Notes: generated by a model not told the origin, from the letters alone. A stretch of 64,000 nt of DNA from an uncultured Anaerolineales bacterium (GCA_965195195.1 CBDAFF010000057.1:16074-80073), one strand, 5' to 3'; shown: positions 45,872 to 55,338, counted from the first letter of the stretch. Numbers and translations: made by a program.

Positions 45872-45899
45872 ATTATAAAATCGTTCACTGGTCGGTCAA
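45872..45899 (-). promoter_or_regulatory. candidate promoter for copA (TTGACC-N16-TATAAT on the minus strand)
   Basis: Reverse complement of 45894-45899 is TTGACC and of 45872-45877 is TATAAT. Located in the 198-bp copZ-copA spacer. Confidence 0.45.
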
Positions 45900-46051
45900 C
45901 ATGGAATTGGCAGATCGCGACGCTCGTCGTGTAGGCAAAGCAGATAAGCTTTGATCAGGCAAGTAGTGCAGCGGAGTGGGGTCATCTACATCACTCCACT
46001 GCGCTTCGAGGCTCAAGGCCTCTTATCTATCCAACCACGATGAATCAACCA

Positions 46052-46258
46052 CTACGTTGCTGGCGGGTAGTTGATTTCCGTCAGCAGCCCCACAATAATT
46101 TCTTCTGTCGCCGGGGGCTCAAACTCCACTGTCACTCGCCTGTCACTTTGTGAGGCTTCAACGCTCTGCACTCCCTCGAGTTCACCCACTTCGGTTTGGA
46201 TCGTGTGCGTGCAGTGACCACATGAGATCCCCGGTACTTCAAACGAAACTGTGCTCAT
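46052..46258 (-). CDS. copZ: copper chaperone CopZ (HMA domain)
   Basis: 68 aa with GISCGHCTHTI metal-binding loop and a GGAGG Shine-Dalgarno. Confidence 0.85.
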   Translation of the reverse strand: MSTVSFEVPGISCGHCTHTIQTEVGELEGVQSVEASQSDRRVTVEFEPPATEEIIVGLLTEINYPPAT

Positions 46259-46296
46259 CCTATACCTCCTTGAATGCTTTCTCGGATTCTGTGACT

Positions 46297-46569
46297 CTAT
46301 ACTTTCGTCGCTGTCTCATAGACTTCGATGATTTCTTTTAACACTCGTTCGCGCTCTTCAGGGTCATCGCCGCGCACCGCGGTGATCAAACATGAATGTA
46401 GATGATCGTTCAATATATTCGAGCTCACCTTGTTTAACGCCGCTTCCACCGCCTGGATTTGTCTGAGCAAATCGATGCAGTAGGCATCGTTCTCAACCAT
46501 GCGCTCTATCCCATGAATATGGCCGGCGATGTTTTTCAAACGGTGAAGTGTGTCCTCTCGATCCATCAT
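46297..46569 (-). CDS. csoR: CsoR/RcnR-family metal-sensing repressor
   Basis: 90 aa. YCIDLLRQIQAVEAAL...DHLHSC carries the Cys-His-Cys copper ligand pattern. Confidence 0.85.
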   Translation of the reverse strand: MMDREDTLHRLKNIAGHIHGIERMVENDAYCIDLLRQIQAVEAALNKVSSNILNDHLHSCLITAVRGDDPEERERVLKEIIEVYETATKV

Positions 46570-46584
46570 GCACTCCCATCTTAT

Positions 46585-46642
46585 CCCCCCCCTACGGGGG
46601 TGGGTCTAACAATAATATATCTTATTAGATAAAGTAAGTCAA
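46585..46642 (-). promoter_or_regulatory. csoR-copZ promoter (TTGACT-N17-TATATT) with a C-tract/G-tract CsoR-type operator directly downstream
   Basis: Minus strand reads TTGACT (46637-46642), a 17-nt spacer, TATATT (46614-46619), then ACCCACCCCCGTAGGGGGGGG (46585-46605) before the ATG. Confidence 0.6.
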
Positions 46643-46685
46643 GTATGACTTAAACCACAGAGTGGTCCCTGGTTTTTTGTGTCGA

Positions 46686-48071
46686 TTAGATCTGGGGAAT
46701 AAGATCGAGCAGCGCGGAGAGCGGCAATGTGGAGGATTTGACGGCTTTTAAGGGTGGCGCAAGATCACGGAGGCGTTCCGACCATCGCCACAGCGAGATT
46801 AGATCTTCTGGGTATCGCGACGGACGGGCGCCGATGCTGGTCCAGGAGAATCCTTCTAAAGCCTGTGCCCACCCCTCCCACGGCACCATGTCCGGTGTGC
46901 GTGAGAGTGTGACCAGCCCGCTGAAATAGACAGGCTTCCCACGGGGGAAGAATTGGCTCTGCGTTTCAAGAAATTCGCGGCTGTCTGTCGTGTTGAAGAT
47001 CAACCATAGAGGCAATAGACCCGAGGAGAGTACAAGATGAGGATCATACTGTGTGAAGGTCTCTACCACGACGCCCTCTGCCTCGCGACCCTGCCGGCGG
47101 TAAAGCTCCTGATGGGCGAGGAACGCCAGGCGCGAAAATCCCTGTGGGTCGTCGAAAATGATTCGCTCAAAACCGTATCCCTGCTCGCGAGCGAATGCTT
47201 CCAATGCCTGATCGAGACCGGGCTCACTCCCCCACTCCGATTCGGGCCCCTCGACTGGCTCTTGATCCGGAATCCCCCAACCCCCGCGATGTTTTGAGCC
47301 GGACACCGCCAGAGCTCTGTCGATACGTTCGCTTCCTTCAAAGAATTCCTTTGGTGAAATTCCACCCCAACCGCCGATCTGGTAGACCTGTCGAGAGCCT
47401 TGCTTGTAGTGCAGCCAGCGCGCCTCGCAATCGAGATAGACGATCGTGCCGCCTGGATTCAGCTTATTCTGAAGAAATTCTCGATAACCTCTTGGTAAAT
47501 CAATCAACTTCAGTCGCAGATGACTGACGACGCGCGTGAGCCACCCATCATGGATCGGATCAAAGTGTCCGATGGCCATGACCTCTGGATTCCTATCAAG
47601 AATCCGCTCTGCCACGTGCGAAGTGAGCGCAAGGTGAGGAGGCACTTCATCTTCGGGACTCCCACCTCGCAAGCCAAGGATGAAAGGCTGGGGAAGAAAT
47701 GGGGCACCGAGTACCGCCGCCAGATGAGCCGTGGCGCCACCCATCGCGCAGCCGACGAGGATCGTATCGAATTTTCCATCGACCCCGTCATAGTCAGCGA
47801 GACGTGCAGCGACGAGTTGTTCTACCTGGAGTTTTTCCGCATCAAGGGGAGGAAGTGCTGTCCATCGAAACTGCTGGCGGACCACCGCGCGGGCTATCGA
47901 GACAGGCAATCGATTAAGCAGGGCAAGTCCGATCTTCTCAAGCTCGTTAAAGTTAAAGACGGTCTCAGGATGACCGGAAAGAACACCAGCGATGAGCCGT
48001 GTCAGCACCGGGGAGGCGCTCTCCGCGCTCTCGAAGACTTTCCGGAGCTTCGCCTTGTTTCGATCAACCAT
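46686..48071 (-). CDS. hypothetical soluble protein, 461 aa, with no motif I recognise
   Basis: Long ORF with balanced composition, co-directional with the upstream MFS gene across a 64-bp gap. No TM helix or signal peptide. Confidence 0.55.
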   Translation of the reverse strand: MVDRNKAKLRKVFESAESASPVLTRLIAGVLSGHPETVFNFNELEKIGLALLNRLPVSIARAVVRQQFRWTALPPLDAEKLQVEQLVAARLADYDGVDGKFDTILVGCAMGGATAHLAAVLGAPFLPQPFILGLRGGSPEDEVPPHLALTSHVAERILDRNPEVMAIGHFDPIHDGWLTRVVSHLRLKLIDLPRGYREFLQNKLNPGGTIVYLDCEARWLHYKQGSRQVYQIGGWGGISPKEFFEGSERIDRALAVSGSKHRGGWGIPDQEPVEGPESEWGSEPGLDQALEAFAREQGYGFERIIFDDPQGFSRLAFLAHQELYRRQGREAEGVVVETFTQYDPHLVLSSGLLPLWLIFNTTDSREFLETQSQFFPRGKPVYFSGLVTLSRTPDMVPWEGWAQALEGFSWTSIGARPSRYPEDLISLWRWSERLRDLAPPLKAVKSSTLPLSALLDLIPQI

Positions 48072-48135
48072 AAATCTAACTCAGATCATCACGCTTGAGC
48101 GGCGCTCAGATCTACCGCTCGGACAGTTATTAAGC

Positions 48136-49440
48136 TTATATCTTTCCAAGCGCCGGAGCTTCTTGCTCACTCAGGGCTCGCTTCCGCATTTCCTCACGCA
48201 GGCTGGAGATGTCCTCCGGCACTTTGTAAGCTGCAAAAGCCAGGATTATCGCGCCCAGCGCCCAGGCTATGATGCAGATCCACAAGATCGCATCGTACAG
48301 AGAATAGCGCACGGCAATCAAACCGGCGATAAAGGGAGCTATCGCCGCGCCACCATTCTCGATGAATAGCTGGACGGATAAAGCAGTGCTGCGGATTTCA
48401 GGCAGCGTGATATCGTGCACGGTGGAGACGACGTTCGCCGATGCAAATGGAATGAACAACGCCGTCAAGATCATCATGCCCATGAATAGAACGCGCTCCG
48501 TTATGGGGATATTCATTGTGATTGTAAGCAGCACTGCCCCTATCAGGACTGCACTCATCGCGACAAGCAATCTCCCCCTGGGTGTTCGTTTGAAAGCGAA
48601 GTCGCCTACCGCCCCGCCGAGGAAGTAGCCGAATGCGAGCATCAGGACAGCCGGGCCGAGTGTAAGCAGAATCGCACTCTCATCGAATCCGCGCTCGACT
48701 TCTAAGTACCGGAAAAACCAGAAGGTTATTACATTCCAGGGGAAGACACCGACGAAACCCTGGGCGTAAAGCAGCAGGAGTGACCGCTTTCGGAACAACC
48801 CCAGGGCATGCTTTCGTTCAAATTTATGAACACCAATATCCTCAACCCCTTCGAATTCAGGCTCGCTGCTGCCACGCGGCGCTTCACGTACCGTGAGGAA
48901 GATAATCAACGCCAGAACGAGGCCCAGAGAGCCCGTCACATAGAAGATATTCCTCCAACCCACACTTGAAACTAAAAAAGTCGCGACGACGAGACCGAGC
49001 AGGTAACCTAAGGGTTGGGATAATTGCACAAATCCATAGACTTTGCCGCGCATGCTTGGTTTGAAGTAATCCGACAGCAAGCTGTATAGCCCTGGGTAGC
49101 TCGAGTCATCGACACCCGTGGACGCACGTGTTGCCAAGAAGGTTTTATACGTCGGCGCAATGGCGCTCAACCATGTCGTCGACCCCCATATCGCTGAGGC
49201 GAGCGCCAGCAATTTAGGCCTCGAGAAACGGTCATAAAGGTAACCCCATATTGGATAAAGAAATGCACCGACCAATAAGGCGCCAGTCACAACTGCGCCC
49301 ATCTGTGCTTCGTTTATCCCGAATGTCTCCATGATTGGCGTTGTGAGCGGCGCGATGAGGAGACGGTCCGATTGATGCAAGAGCATGAAGGCAAAAAACA
49401 CTGCCAAAACGTACCAGCGGTACCTCTTGTTTGATGACAT
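48136..49440 (-). CDS. MFS transporter
   Basis: 12 TM-like hydrophobic segments and a YDRFSRPK loop motif. The ATG at 49440 is preceded by GGAGGAG; the longest ORF (49533) would overlap mogA. Confidence 0.8.
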   Translation of the reverse strand: MSSNKRYRWYVLAVFFAFMLLHQSDRLLIAPLTTPIMETFGINEAQMGAVVTGALLVGAFLYPIWGYLYDRFSRPKLLALASAIWGSTTWLSAIAPTYKTFLATRASTGVDDSSYPGLYSLLSDYFKPSMRGKVYGFVQLSQPLGYLLGLVVATFLVSSVGWRNIFYVTGSLGLVLALIIFLTVREAPRGSSEPEFEGVEDIGVHKFERKHALGLFRKRSLLLLYAQGFVGVFPWNVITFWFFRYLEVERGFDESAILLTLGPAVLMLAFGYFLGGAVGDFAFKRTPRGRLLVAMSAVLIGAVLLTITMNIPITERVLFMGMMILTALFIPFASANVVSTVHDITLPEIRSTALSVQLFIENGGAAIAPFIAGLIAVRYSLYDAILWICIIAWALGAIILAFAAYKVPEDISSLREEMRKRALSEQEAPALGKI

Positions 49441-49456
49441 TCTCTCCTCCAGAGGA

Positions 49457-49972
49457 TCAGGCTGTTCGATGTGGAGGGGACAGAAGATGGCCTTGCTCCG
49501 CCTCCGGATCTTCTCGTAGAAGTTGAATTGCATGAGGCAGCACGGGGATGATCACAGCCAAATTCTCCTCGACTGCTTTCGGTGAGCCGGGTAAGTTCAC
49601 AATTAATGTGCTTTTGCGGATTCCAGCAACCGCTCGCGAGAGCATTGCGTGGGGAGTCTTGCTCATACTTCGCACCCGCATCGCCTCCGCCAGCCCCGGT
49701 GCCAGCCGCTCCACAACCTTGCGAGTCGCCTCAGGAGTTCGATCACGCGGGGAGAAACCTGTGCCGCCGGTGGTCAAAACGAGGTCGATCTCACCGCTAT
49801 CGCACCAGGACGCAAGCCGCTCCTCGATTTCAACCTGTTCATCAGCGACAATATCAGCCTCGATCACTTCCCACCCTCGCTTGAGGGCAATCTCCAGGAT
49901 GAGTGGTCCAGATCGATCTTCGCGCTCTCCCTGTGCAGACCGATCCGAGATCGTGAGAACAGCAATTCTCAC
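49457..49972 (-). CDS. mogA: molybdopterin adenylyltransferase MogA/MoaB family
   Basis: ILTISDR, LVLTTGGTGFSPRD, NLPGSPKA. GTGA overlap with the GNAT gene. Confidence 0.85.
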   Translation of the reverse strand: MRIAVLTISDRSAQGEREDRSGPLILEIALKRGWEVIEADIVADEQVEIEERLASWCDSGEIDLVLTTGGTGFSPRDRTPEATRKVVERLAPGLAEAMRVRSMSKTPHAMLSRAVAGIRKSTLIVNLPGSPKAVEENLAVIIPVLPHAIQLLREDPEAEQGHLLSPPHRTA

Positions 49973-50388
49973 TGGATTACCTTCCCCAGAACATATAGAT
50001 CCATCACTTCAGCTCCAAACGAATCATAGAACTCCAACGCAACATCATTGTCTTTCGTAACCAGTAGATAATACTTCCGGCAACCTTTAGACCGCAAGCG
50101 ATTCTCAATCTCAACCATCAGCGAGCGGCCAATTCCACTGCGTCGCTCAGATTGCTGTACAGCCAGGTGATAGACGATTCCACGGCGCCCGTCGAAACCG
50201 CCAAAAACCGTGCCGATAATCCGTCCGTCATACTCGGCGACAAGAAAGAGATCGGGGTCGCGTTGGAGCTTCTTCTGGATCTCTTGCGGTATATCCGACG
50301 GTGATAACTGAATACCCGGGCCCGATGATTCCCAGAGTAACCTTACCTCTTCGTAATCTTGTTCAAAGAGAAATTCGCGGATTCTCAT
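49969..50388 (-). CDS. GNAT-family N-acetyltransferase
   Basis: Acetyl-CoA loop LAVQQSERRSGIGRSLM. The start is trimmed to the ATG at 50388 (GGAG upstream). Confidence 0.75.
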   Translation of the reverse strand: MRIREFLFEQDYEEVRLLWESSGPGIQLSPSDIPQEIQKKLQRDPDLFLVAEYDGRIIGTVFGGFDGRRGIVYHLAVQQSERRSGIGRSLMVEIENRLRSKGCRKYYLLVTKDNDVALEFYDSFGAEVMDLYVLGKVIQ

Positions 50389-50501
50389 CCATCCAACTCC
50401 AACTAATAAGACTTGTGCGAACCAGAGATGTCTGGCTCGCACATAAAGTTAACCGAGTTCTTCAAAGAAGCAGCAGGAGATGCCTGTGGATAAAGCCAGT
50501 T

Positions 50502-52229
50502 TTACCCCCCCTCAGGTTCGACCAGCGCTTTCCAATCACCATGAATACCGTCTTCGGTCACCCCAAAGTAAACACGGTGTCCCTGGGCTGTCTTTTGGAT
50601 CAAGTCATAACGCTTTCGGGTGCCGCGCTTCTGCTCCTTCAACACCCCCAGATCGCCTCGCCATGAAACGTTTACGCCCTTCAGGTCCTCTGGTAACTTA
50701 CGAAATTCCGAAATAGCGTAATGCCAGAGCCTCCGCGCAGAACTCTGGGTGACATTCTTGACTACATTTCCATTACGCAAATCACACATCGTGTAGTACT
50801 GGATCCCATTGCGTTCTTCCGAACCCACGATTTCTACTCCGGTTCGTGGGTGTTGAATACCAGCAAGAGCTTCCTCTGTGACTTCCAGCTTTTCAGGAAT
50901 ATCCGCTTCCACACGCTGTCCTCGCTGTCCGCGATGCACCAGGTTCACGATTTCATCGCGGACTGCGAGCCCTGTTTCCGCTTCATCGCGGACGTAGACT
51001 TTGTTATCATCGACTGCATAGGGCGGGTCATCACCCGGGGGGATGATCATCCGGATAACCGTTTTCCCACGTGTTTCCATGGTATCCACTTGAACATTGA
51101 GGGCGGGGCTGATGCGTTTACTTAACTCCCGCTGGAGTTGATCAACACTGGTCTTTGCCTTTGTCACCCCCACTGGTTCTTTCTTCGCCTCTGCCGGCAA
51201 ACCGATATAAAGCGTTCCGCCGTTTGAATTTGCGAAGGCACAGACATCAGCGATGACTTTATAAAGTCGACCCCCGCGCGCTGTCATGCTTTCATGAAAA
51301 TCTTGGTTTATGCTCGGTCCGTCTTCGCGTGCACGCTGAATAAAATCGTAATCTTCTTCGGCTGCAGGCCAATGTGGGCGCGTGAGCGCGAAGTCATTGC
51401 TGATAAACAGTTCTTTCAACGCTTGGAAAGAAACCTCTGGCAGCATAACTTGGGTTGCTCGATCCCCAACGCCGAGGTTCTTCTTATTTTTCGGATCTAT
51501 GCGAATTCTGTGGGCATCTGAACCTTGAATGCAGTGCATCCGACGCGGGTATTCTGGCTTTGTTCCGTTAAAAAACGCGGCCGTGGTTCTCCTACCTTTC
51601 AGACCTAAATCTGTAATCTCCAACGCATGAAGGTGAGAGTCCTGGGTATAGGCAATCTTAGTTTGACCGCCGAATCCATAGCCCCGCATCGCAACCCCAT
51701 GAGTTGAGTTCGCGTGCGCAGCGATCGCCAATCCTCCTGCTTCATCGATCAGCCGGTAAGCCGATAGAACGTCCGCAGTTGCTCCCACTGTCACTGAGCC
51801 GTCGTCTAACTGCTCAGATGGGATGTTCAGACTGAGTAGAAGATGTTCAATTTCTCTCACAGATTTCTCGGGGGAAAAAATTCCTAGAATATGAAAACCC
51901 AGCGTTGCCGTGAATTCAAACCCGGGAAAAACCGTAACCTTTTGTAATAGCCGGCGGTATTCCTGAAGACGTTTTCGCTCATCTTCGGTGAGCCTGTTGA
52001 GTGATTCCAGCATCTCTAACTGCTGGATCTCATCCATCATCTGTCGATAACCGGCCACAGTGTTGTGATCGGTAAAAGCGATGATGTCGAGCCCACGCGC
52101 TTCGCTCCTGTGTAATATATCTAAATAGGTTACATCCGATTCATGATAATCACTCGAAGCCGGCGTGTGTAAATGTAAATCCATCAATCGCCACTGTTTT
52201 GCTGTATTTTTACTTTGTCTTCTTGCCAC
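50502..52229 (-). CDS. PHP-family phosphoesterase fused to an AlbA_2/Schlafen-like domain and an unassigned ~135-aa C-terminal domain
   Basis: PHP motifs DLHLHTPASSDY, AFTDHNT, GFEFT, IAAHANS, QGSDAH. Mid-region VCAFANSNGGTLYIGL...PPYAVDDNKVYVRDEAET matches the AlbA_2 pattern. The start is the GTG at 52229 or the ATG at 52184. Confidence 0.65.
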   Translation of the reverse strand: MARRQSKNTAKQWRLMDLHLHTPASSDYHESDVTYLDILHRSEARGLDIIAFTDHNTVAGYRQMMDEIQQLEMLESLNRLTEDERKRLQEYRRLLQKVTVFPGFEFTATLGFHILGIFSPEKSVREIEHLLLSLNIPSEQLDDGSVTVGATADVLSAYRLIDEAGGLAIAAHANSTHGVAMRGYGFGGQTKIAYTQDSHLHALEITDLGLKGRRTTAAFFNGTKPEYPRRMHCIQGSDAHRIRIDPKNKKNLGVGDRATQVMLPEVSFQALKELFISNDFALTRPHWPAAEEDYDFIQRAREDGPSINQDFHESMTARGGRLYKVIADVCAFANSNGGTLYIGLPAEAKKEPVGVTKAKTSVDQLQRELSKRISPALNVQVDTMETRGKTVIRMIIPPGDDPPYAVDDNKVYVRDEAETGLAVRDEIVNLVHRGQRGQRVEADIPEKLEVTEEALAGIQHPRTGVEIVGSEERNGIQYYTMCDLRNGNVVKNVTQSSARRLWHYAISEFRKLPEDLKGVNVSWRGDLGVLKEQKRGTRKRYDLIQKTAQGHRVYFGVTEDGIHGDWKALVEPEGG

Positions 52230-52268
52230 GAAATAATATTCTCCAATCGAGGTGATGAAAGAACTGTT

Positions 52269-52634
52269 CTACTCTCCACCACCAGAAGTTTTATTTTTAA
52301 TTGTCTCCAAGAGCAGGTCAGGCGAATAGGGTTTCAAGAGAAAGCCATCCGCCCCTTTCACCTTACTCTCATCACTCAAATCTATGCCAGAGGTCATAAT
52401 GATGGGTAGATCGACTAGCAAAGGATTCGATCGAATTTCAACCAGGATATCTAACCCGTTCCTGTCAGAGAGATTACAGTCCATCAATACCAGATCTGGT
52501 TTTTCATCGATACAGACACCCGGTAACACTGCCCAGTTCCTGCTCTCGAATGCCTGATATCCTTCAAGCTTCAAGAGAGTTATCAGGAGCGAGGTGATCG
52601 ATTCGTCGTCGTCAATAATCAATACTTTCGGCAT
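52269..52634 (-). CDS. stand-alone response-regulator receiver domain (CheY-like)
   Basis: VLIIDDD, phospho-acceptor context LVLMDCNL, IIMTSG, LLKPY. Confidence 0.85.
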   Translation of the reverse strand: MPKVLIIDDDESITSLLITLLKLEGYQAFESRNWAVLPGVCIDEKPDLVLMDCNLSDRNGLDILVEIRSNPLLVDLPIIMTSGIDLSDESKVKGADGFLLKPYSPDLLLETIKNKTSGGGE

Positions 52635-52683
52635 CAGCGCTCTTTATCCAGGGGGCATTCTCGCCTGGCTGTTGGCAACCCCT

Positions 52684-55257
52684 TTATGAGCTCTTTCCTT
52701 TTGACGATTTCTCGTTGGTTTTTGATTTTTTTGACCGGGTTTCTTTACTCTGAGATGCACTGCGGCTCTTGCGCTTCTTCTTCGGTTTAAGAGCCGTCTC
52801 AATAGCATCATCGATCGTGTCGATGTAAACAAATTCAATATCTTTCCTGACCTCATCGGGCACATCTTCTAAATCTATTTCGTTCCTCTTTGGCAGCATT
52901 ACCATCTTTAACCCAGCTCGGTGGGCTGCCAGAACTTTCTCCTTTACACCTCCAATCGGAAGAATCTTTCCGCGCAGTGTGACCTCTCCGGTCATCCCTA
53001 TTTCCGCCCGAACCGGACGTCCGGTAGCCAGAGATGTCAGCGCCACAGCCATCGTTACACCTGCAGATGGACCATCCTTGGGTTGCGCTCCAGTCGGGAC
53101 ATGCAAGTGGATGTCGTGCTCACTCCAGAATTCGTCTTCAATGGAGTATCTAGCGGAAACAGAGCGAACATAAGAGAGTGCGGCCTGGGCTGACTCCTGC
53201 ATGATTTGGCCAAGCGACCCCGTTAACTGGAACTTCTTGCCGCCAGGCATTGCCGTTGCCTCGATGAACAGCACATCGCCACCAGCCATTGTGTAAGCCA
53301 GTCCAGTTGCCACCCCAGGAATCGATGTTCGTTCGACGAGTTCCTCAGTCCCGAAAAAGCGCGGTTTCTTCAGGAATTCACGCACGCGCGGTCCGGTGAT
53401 CTTCAGCTTCTTTGCTGTCCCCTCAGCGATCCTGGTTGCTACTCCTCGGCATATGCGGCCGATTTCACGCTCGAGATTGCGGACGCCTGCTTCACGTGTA
53501 TGTGATCGGATGATCGTACGCAGAGCTGCATCTGTGAAGCTTATCTCACTCTTCTTAAGACCATTCTCTCGGATTTGCCGGGGAATGAGATAGCCTTTGG
53601 CAATTGCAATCTTCTCGCTCTCAGTGTAGCCAGAGATGCGGATGACTTCCATTCGATCAAGTAAAGGTGCGGGGACCGTCTCAAGCCAATTCGCTGTCGT
53701 GATGAACATCACCTGCGAGAGATCATAGGCGACTTCAAGGTAATGGTCACGAAACTCTCGATTTTGCTCCGGATCGAGGACCTCAAGCAAGGCTGAGGCT
53801 GGATCCCCTCGGAAATCACGCCCCATCTTATCGATCTCATCGAGCATGAAAACAGGATTGTGGGATTCCGCACGGCGCAGTGCTTGAAGGATGCGCCCGG
53901 GCATTGCGCCGATGTACGTTCGCCGATGCCCGCGTATCTCGGCTTCATCGTGAACACCCCCAAGCGAGATACGGATGAATTTTCGGCCCATCGCTCGAGC
54001 GATCGATCGTCCAAGAGATGTTTTCCCCACACCAGGAGGGCCCACAAAACAAAGGATCACACCTTCTCTCTCACGGCGGATTTCGTCGATCGCCTCGCCG
54101 CCAATCGTATCGCCGCGTTCTAACTTCAATTTTCGAACTGCAAGATATTCCAGGATGCGCTCTTTAATATCGATGAGCCCAAAATGATCCTGATCGAGAA
54201 CCTCACGTGCATGCTTCAGATCGAGGTTATCTTGAGTGACGTCATCCCATGGAATTGTGGTTAGCCAATCGAGGTAAGTCCTGATCACACCATATTCAGC
54301 CGCGGCTGTTGGTAGCTTAGCTAGCCGTTCAAGCTCTCGCCGGGCTTGCTTCTCAGCTTCCTCCGGCATATTTGCATCCGCTATCCTCTTGCGGAATTCC
54401 TCGATCTCCACCGTTTGCTCATCGCCTTCGCCCAGTTCACGTTGGATAGCTTTTAGCTGCTCACGCAGGAAATATTCACGCTGTACTTTTTCGATTTCGG
54501 TTCGTGCTTCCTGCTGAATTTGCTGTCCAAGAGAAAGCACCTCGACTTCACGGCTGAGCAGGTTGGTGAGGATTTGCAGCTTCTCTATCGTCGATTCCAC
54601 CTCGAGGATGCGCTGCCCATCATCCAGGTCCATTCGCTGGTAATTCGCAATCGTGTACGCAACTTGGAGTGGATCTTCTAGAAGCTGGACACCCCCGACG
54701 ATTTCACGCGGGAGCGATGGACCGATCTCTGAAATCTGCTGGAAAAGGTCTTTCGCTGCCCGAACCTGCGCCTCGATCTCAACACTCTCCTCTACCTTTT
54801 CGGGCCGGAGGTAGATCCGAGCAACCAGGTAAGGTTCACGGCTGGTGAAAACTCCCAACTCGAAACGAGCTATTCCCCTCGCGATCAGACGAATAGTCCC
54901 ATCCGGTGCCCTAAACAGCCTCTGTATCGACGCGACTGTGCCGAATGAGTACAAATCTTCAGGTCCGGGAACCTCCAACTCAGGATTCCGAGAAGCGACA
55001 AGCCCAATCAAGCGATGGTTGGCGGACACATCATCGACTAACTTGATCGAGCGCGCCTGCCCAATCGTTAACGGCATGGCAGTGTGTGGATATACAACAA
55101 CGCCCCGAAGGGGCAAAATCGGGAGGTTTTCCGGGATCTGCAATTCCTCAGGTCCCTGACTCTTGACTTCCTGTGGCTCCCCCTCAATTACTCCGTCGTG
55201 AACTGGGATCTGTGATGAGAAATTATGCATACTTTCCTCAGCGTCAATGGGTTCCAA
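52684..55257 (-). CDS. lon: ATP-dependent Lon protease (LonA) with a Lys/Ser-rich C-terminal tail
   Basis: LPILPLRGVVVYPH (LON N domain), Walker A GPPGVGKTS, FMLDEIDK, catalytic PKDGPSAG...K. The start is the TTG at 55257 or the ATG at 55230. Confidence 0.95.
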   Translation of the reverse strand: MEPIDAEESMHNFSSQIPVHDGVIEGEPQEVKSQGPEELQIPENLPILPLRGVVVYPHTAMPLTIGQARSIKLVDDVSANHRLIGLVASRNPELEVPGPEDLYSFGTVASIQRLFRAPDGTIRLIARGIARFELGVFTSREPYLVARIYLRPEKVEESVEIEAQVRAAKDLFQQISEIGPSLPREIVGGVQLLEDPLQVAYTIANYQRMDLDDGQRILEVESTIEKLQILTNLLSREVEVLSLGQQIQQEARTEIEKVQREYFLREQLKAIQRELGEGDEQTVEIEEFRKRIADANMPEEAEKQARRELERLAKLPTAAAEYGVIRTYLDWLTTIPWDDVTQDNLDLKHAREVLDQDHFGLIDIKERILEYLAVRKLKLERGDTIGGEAIDEIRREREGVILCFVGPPGVGKTSLGRSIARAMGRKFIRISLGGVHDEAEIRGHRRTYIGAMPGRILQALRRAESHNPVFMLDEIDKMGRDFRGDPASALLEVLDPEQNREFRDHYLEVAYDLSQVMFITTANWLETVPAPLLDRMEVIRISGYTESEKIAIAKGYLIPRQIRENGLKKSEISFTDAALRTIIRSHTREAGVRNLEREIGRICRGVATRIAEGTAKKLKITGPRVREFLKKPRFFGTEELVERTSIPGVATGLAYTMAGGDVLFIEATAMPGGKKFQLTGSLGQIMQESAQAALSYVRSVSARYSIEDEFWSEHDIHLHVPTGAQPKDGPSAGVTMAVALTSLATGRPVRAEIGMTGEVTLRGKILPIGGVKEKVLAAHRAGLKMVMLPKRNEIDLEDVPDEVRKDIEFVYIDTIDDAIETALKPKKKRKSRSASQSKETRSKKSKTNEKSSKGKSS

Positions 55258-55338
55258 TGAATAAATAAGCTCTTCTAAGTTAATAATACCCCCTGCTGTC
55301 TCTCTTCTCTGATGTCCTTGATATCAAATATCCCGTCA

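Noticed and set aside
52644-52865. 73-aa minus-strand ORF overlapping the 3' end of lon in another frame.
   Set aside because: It is an alternative frame of the Lys-rich lon tail region and highly basic simply because of the A/G-rich sequence. It has no Shine-Dalgarno, and it overlaps the stop region of a confidently called gene.
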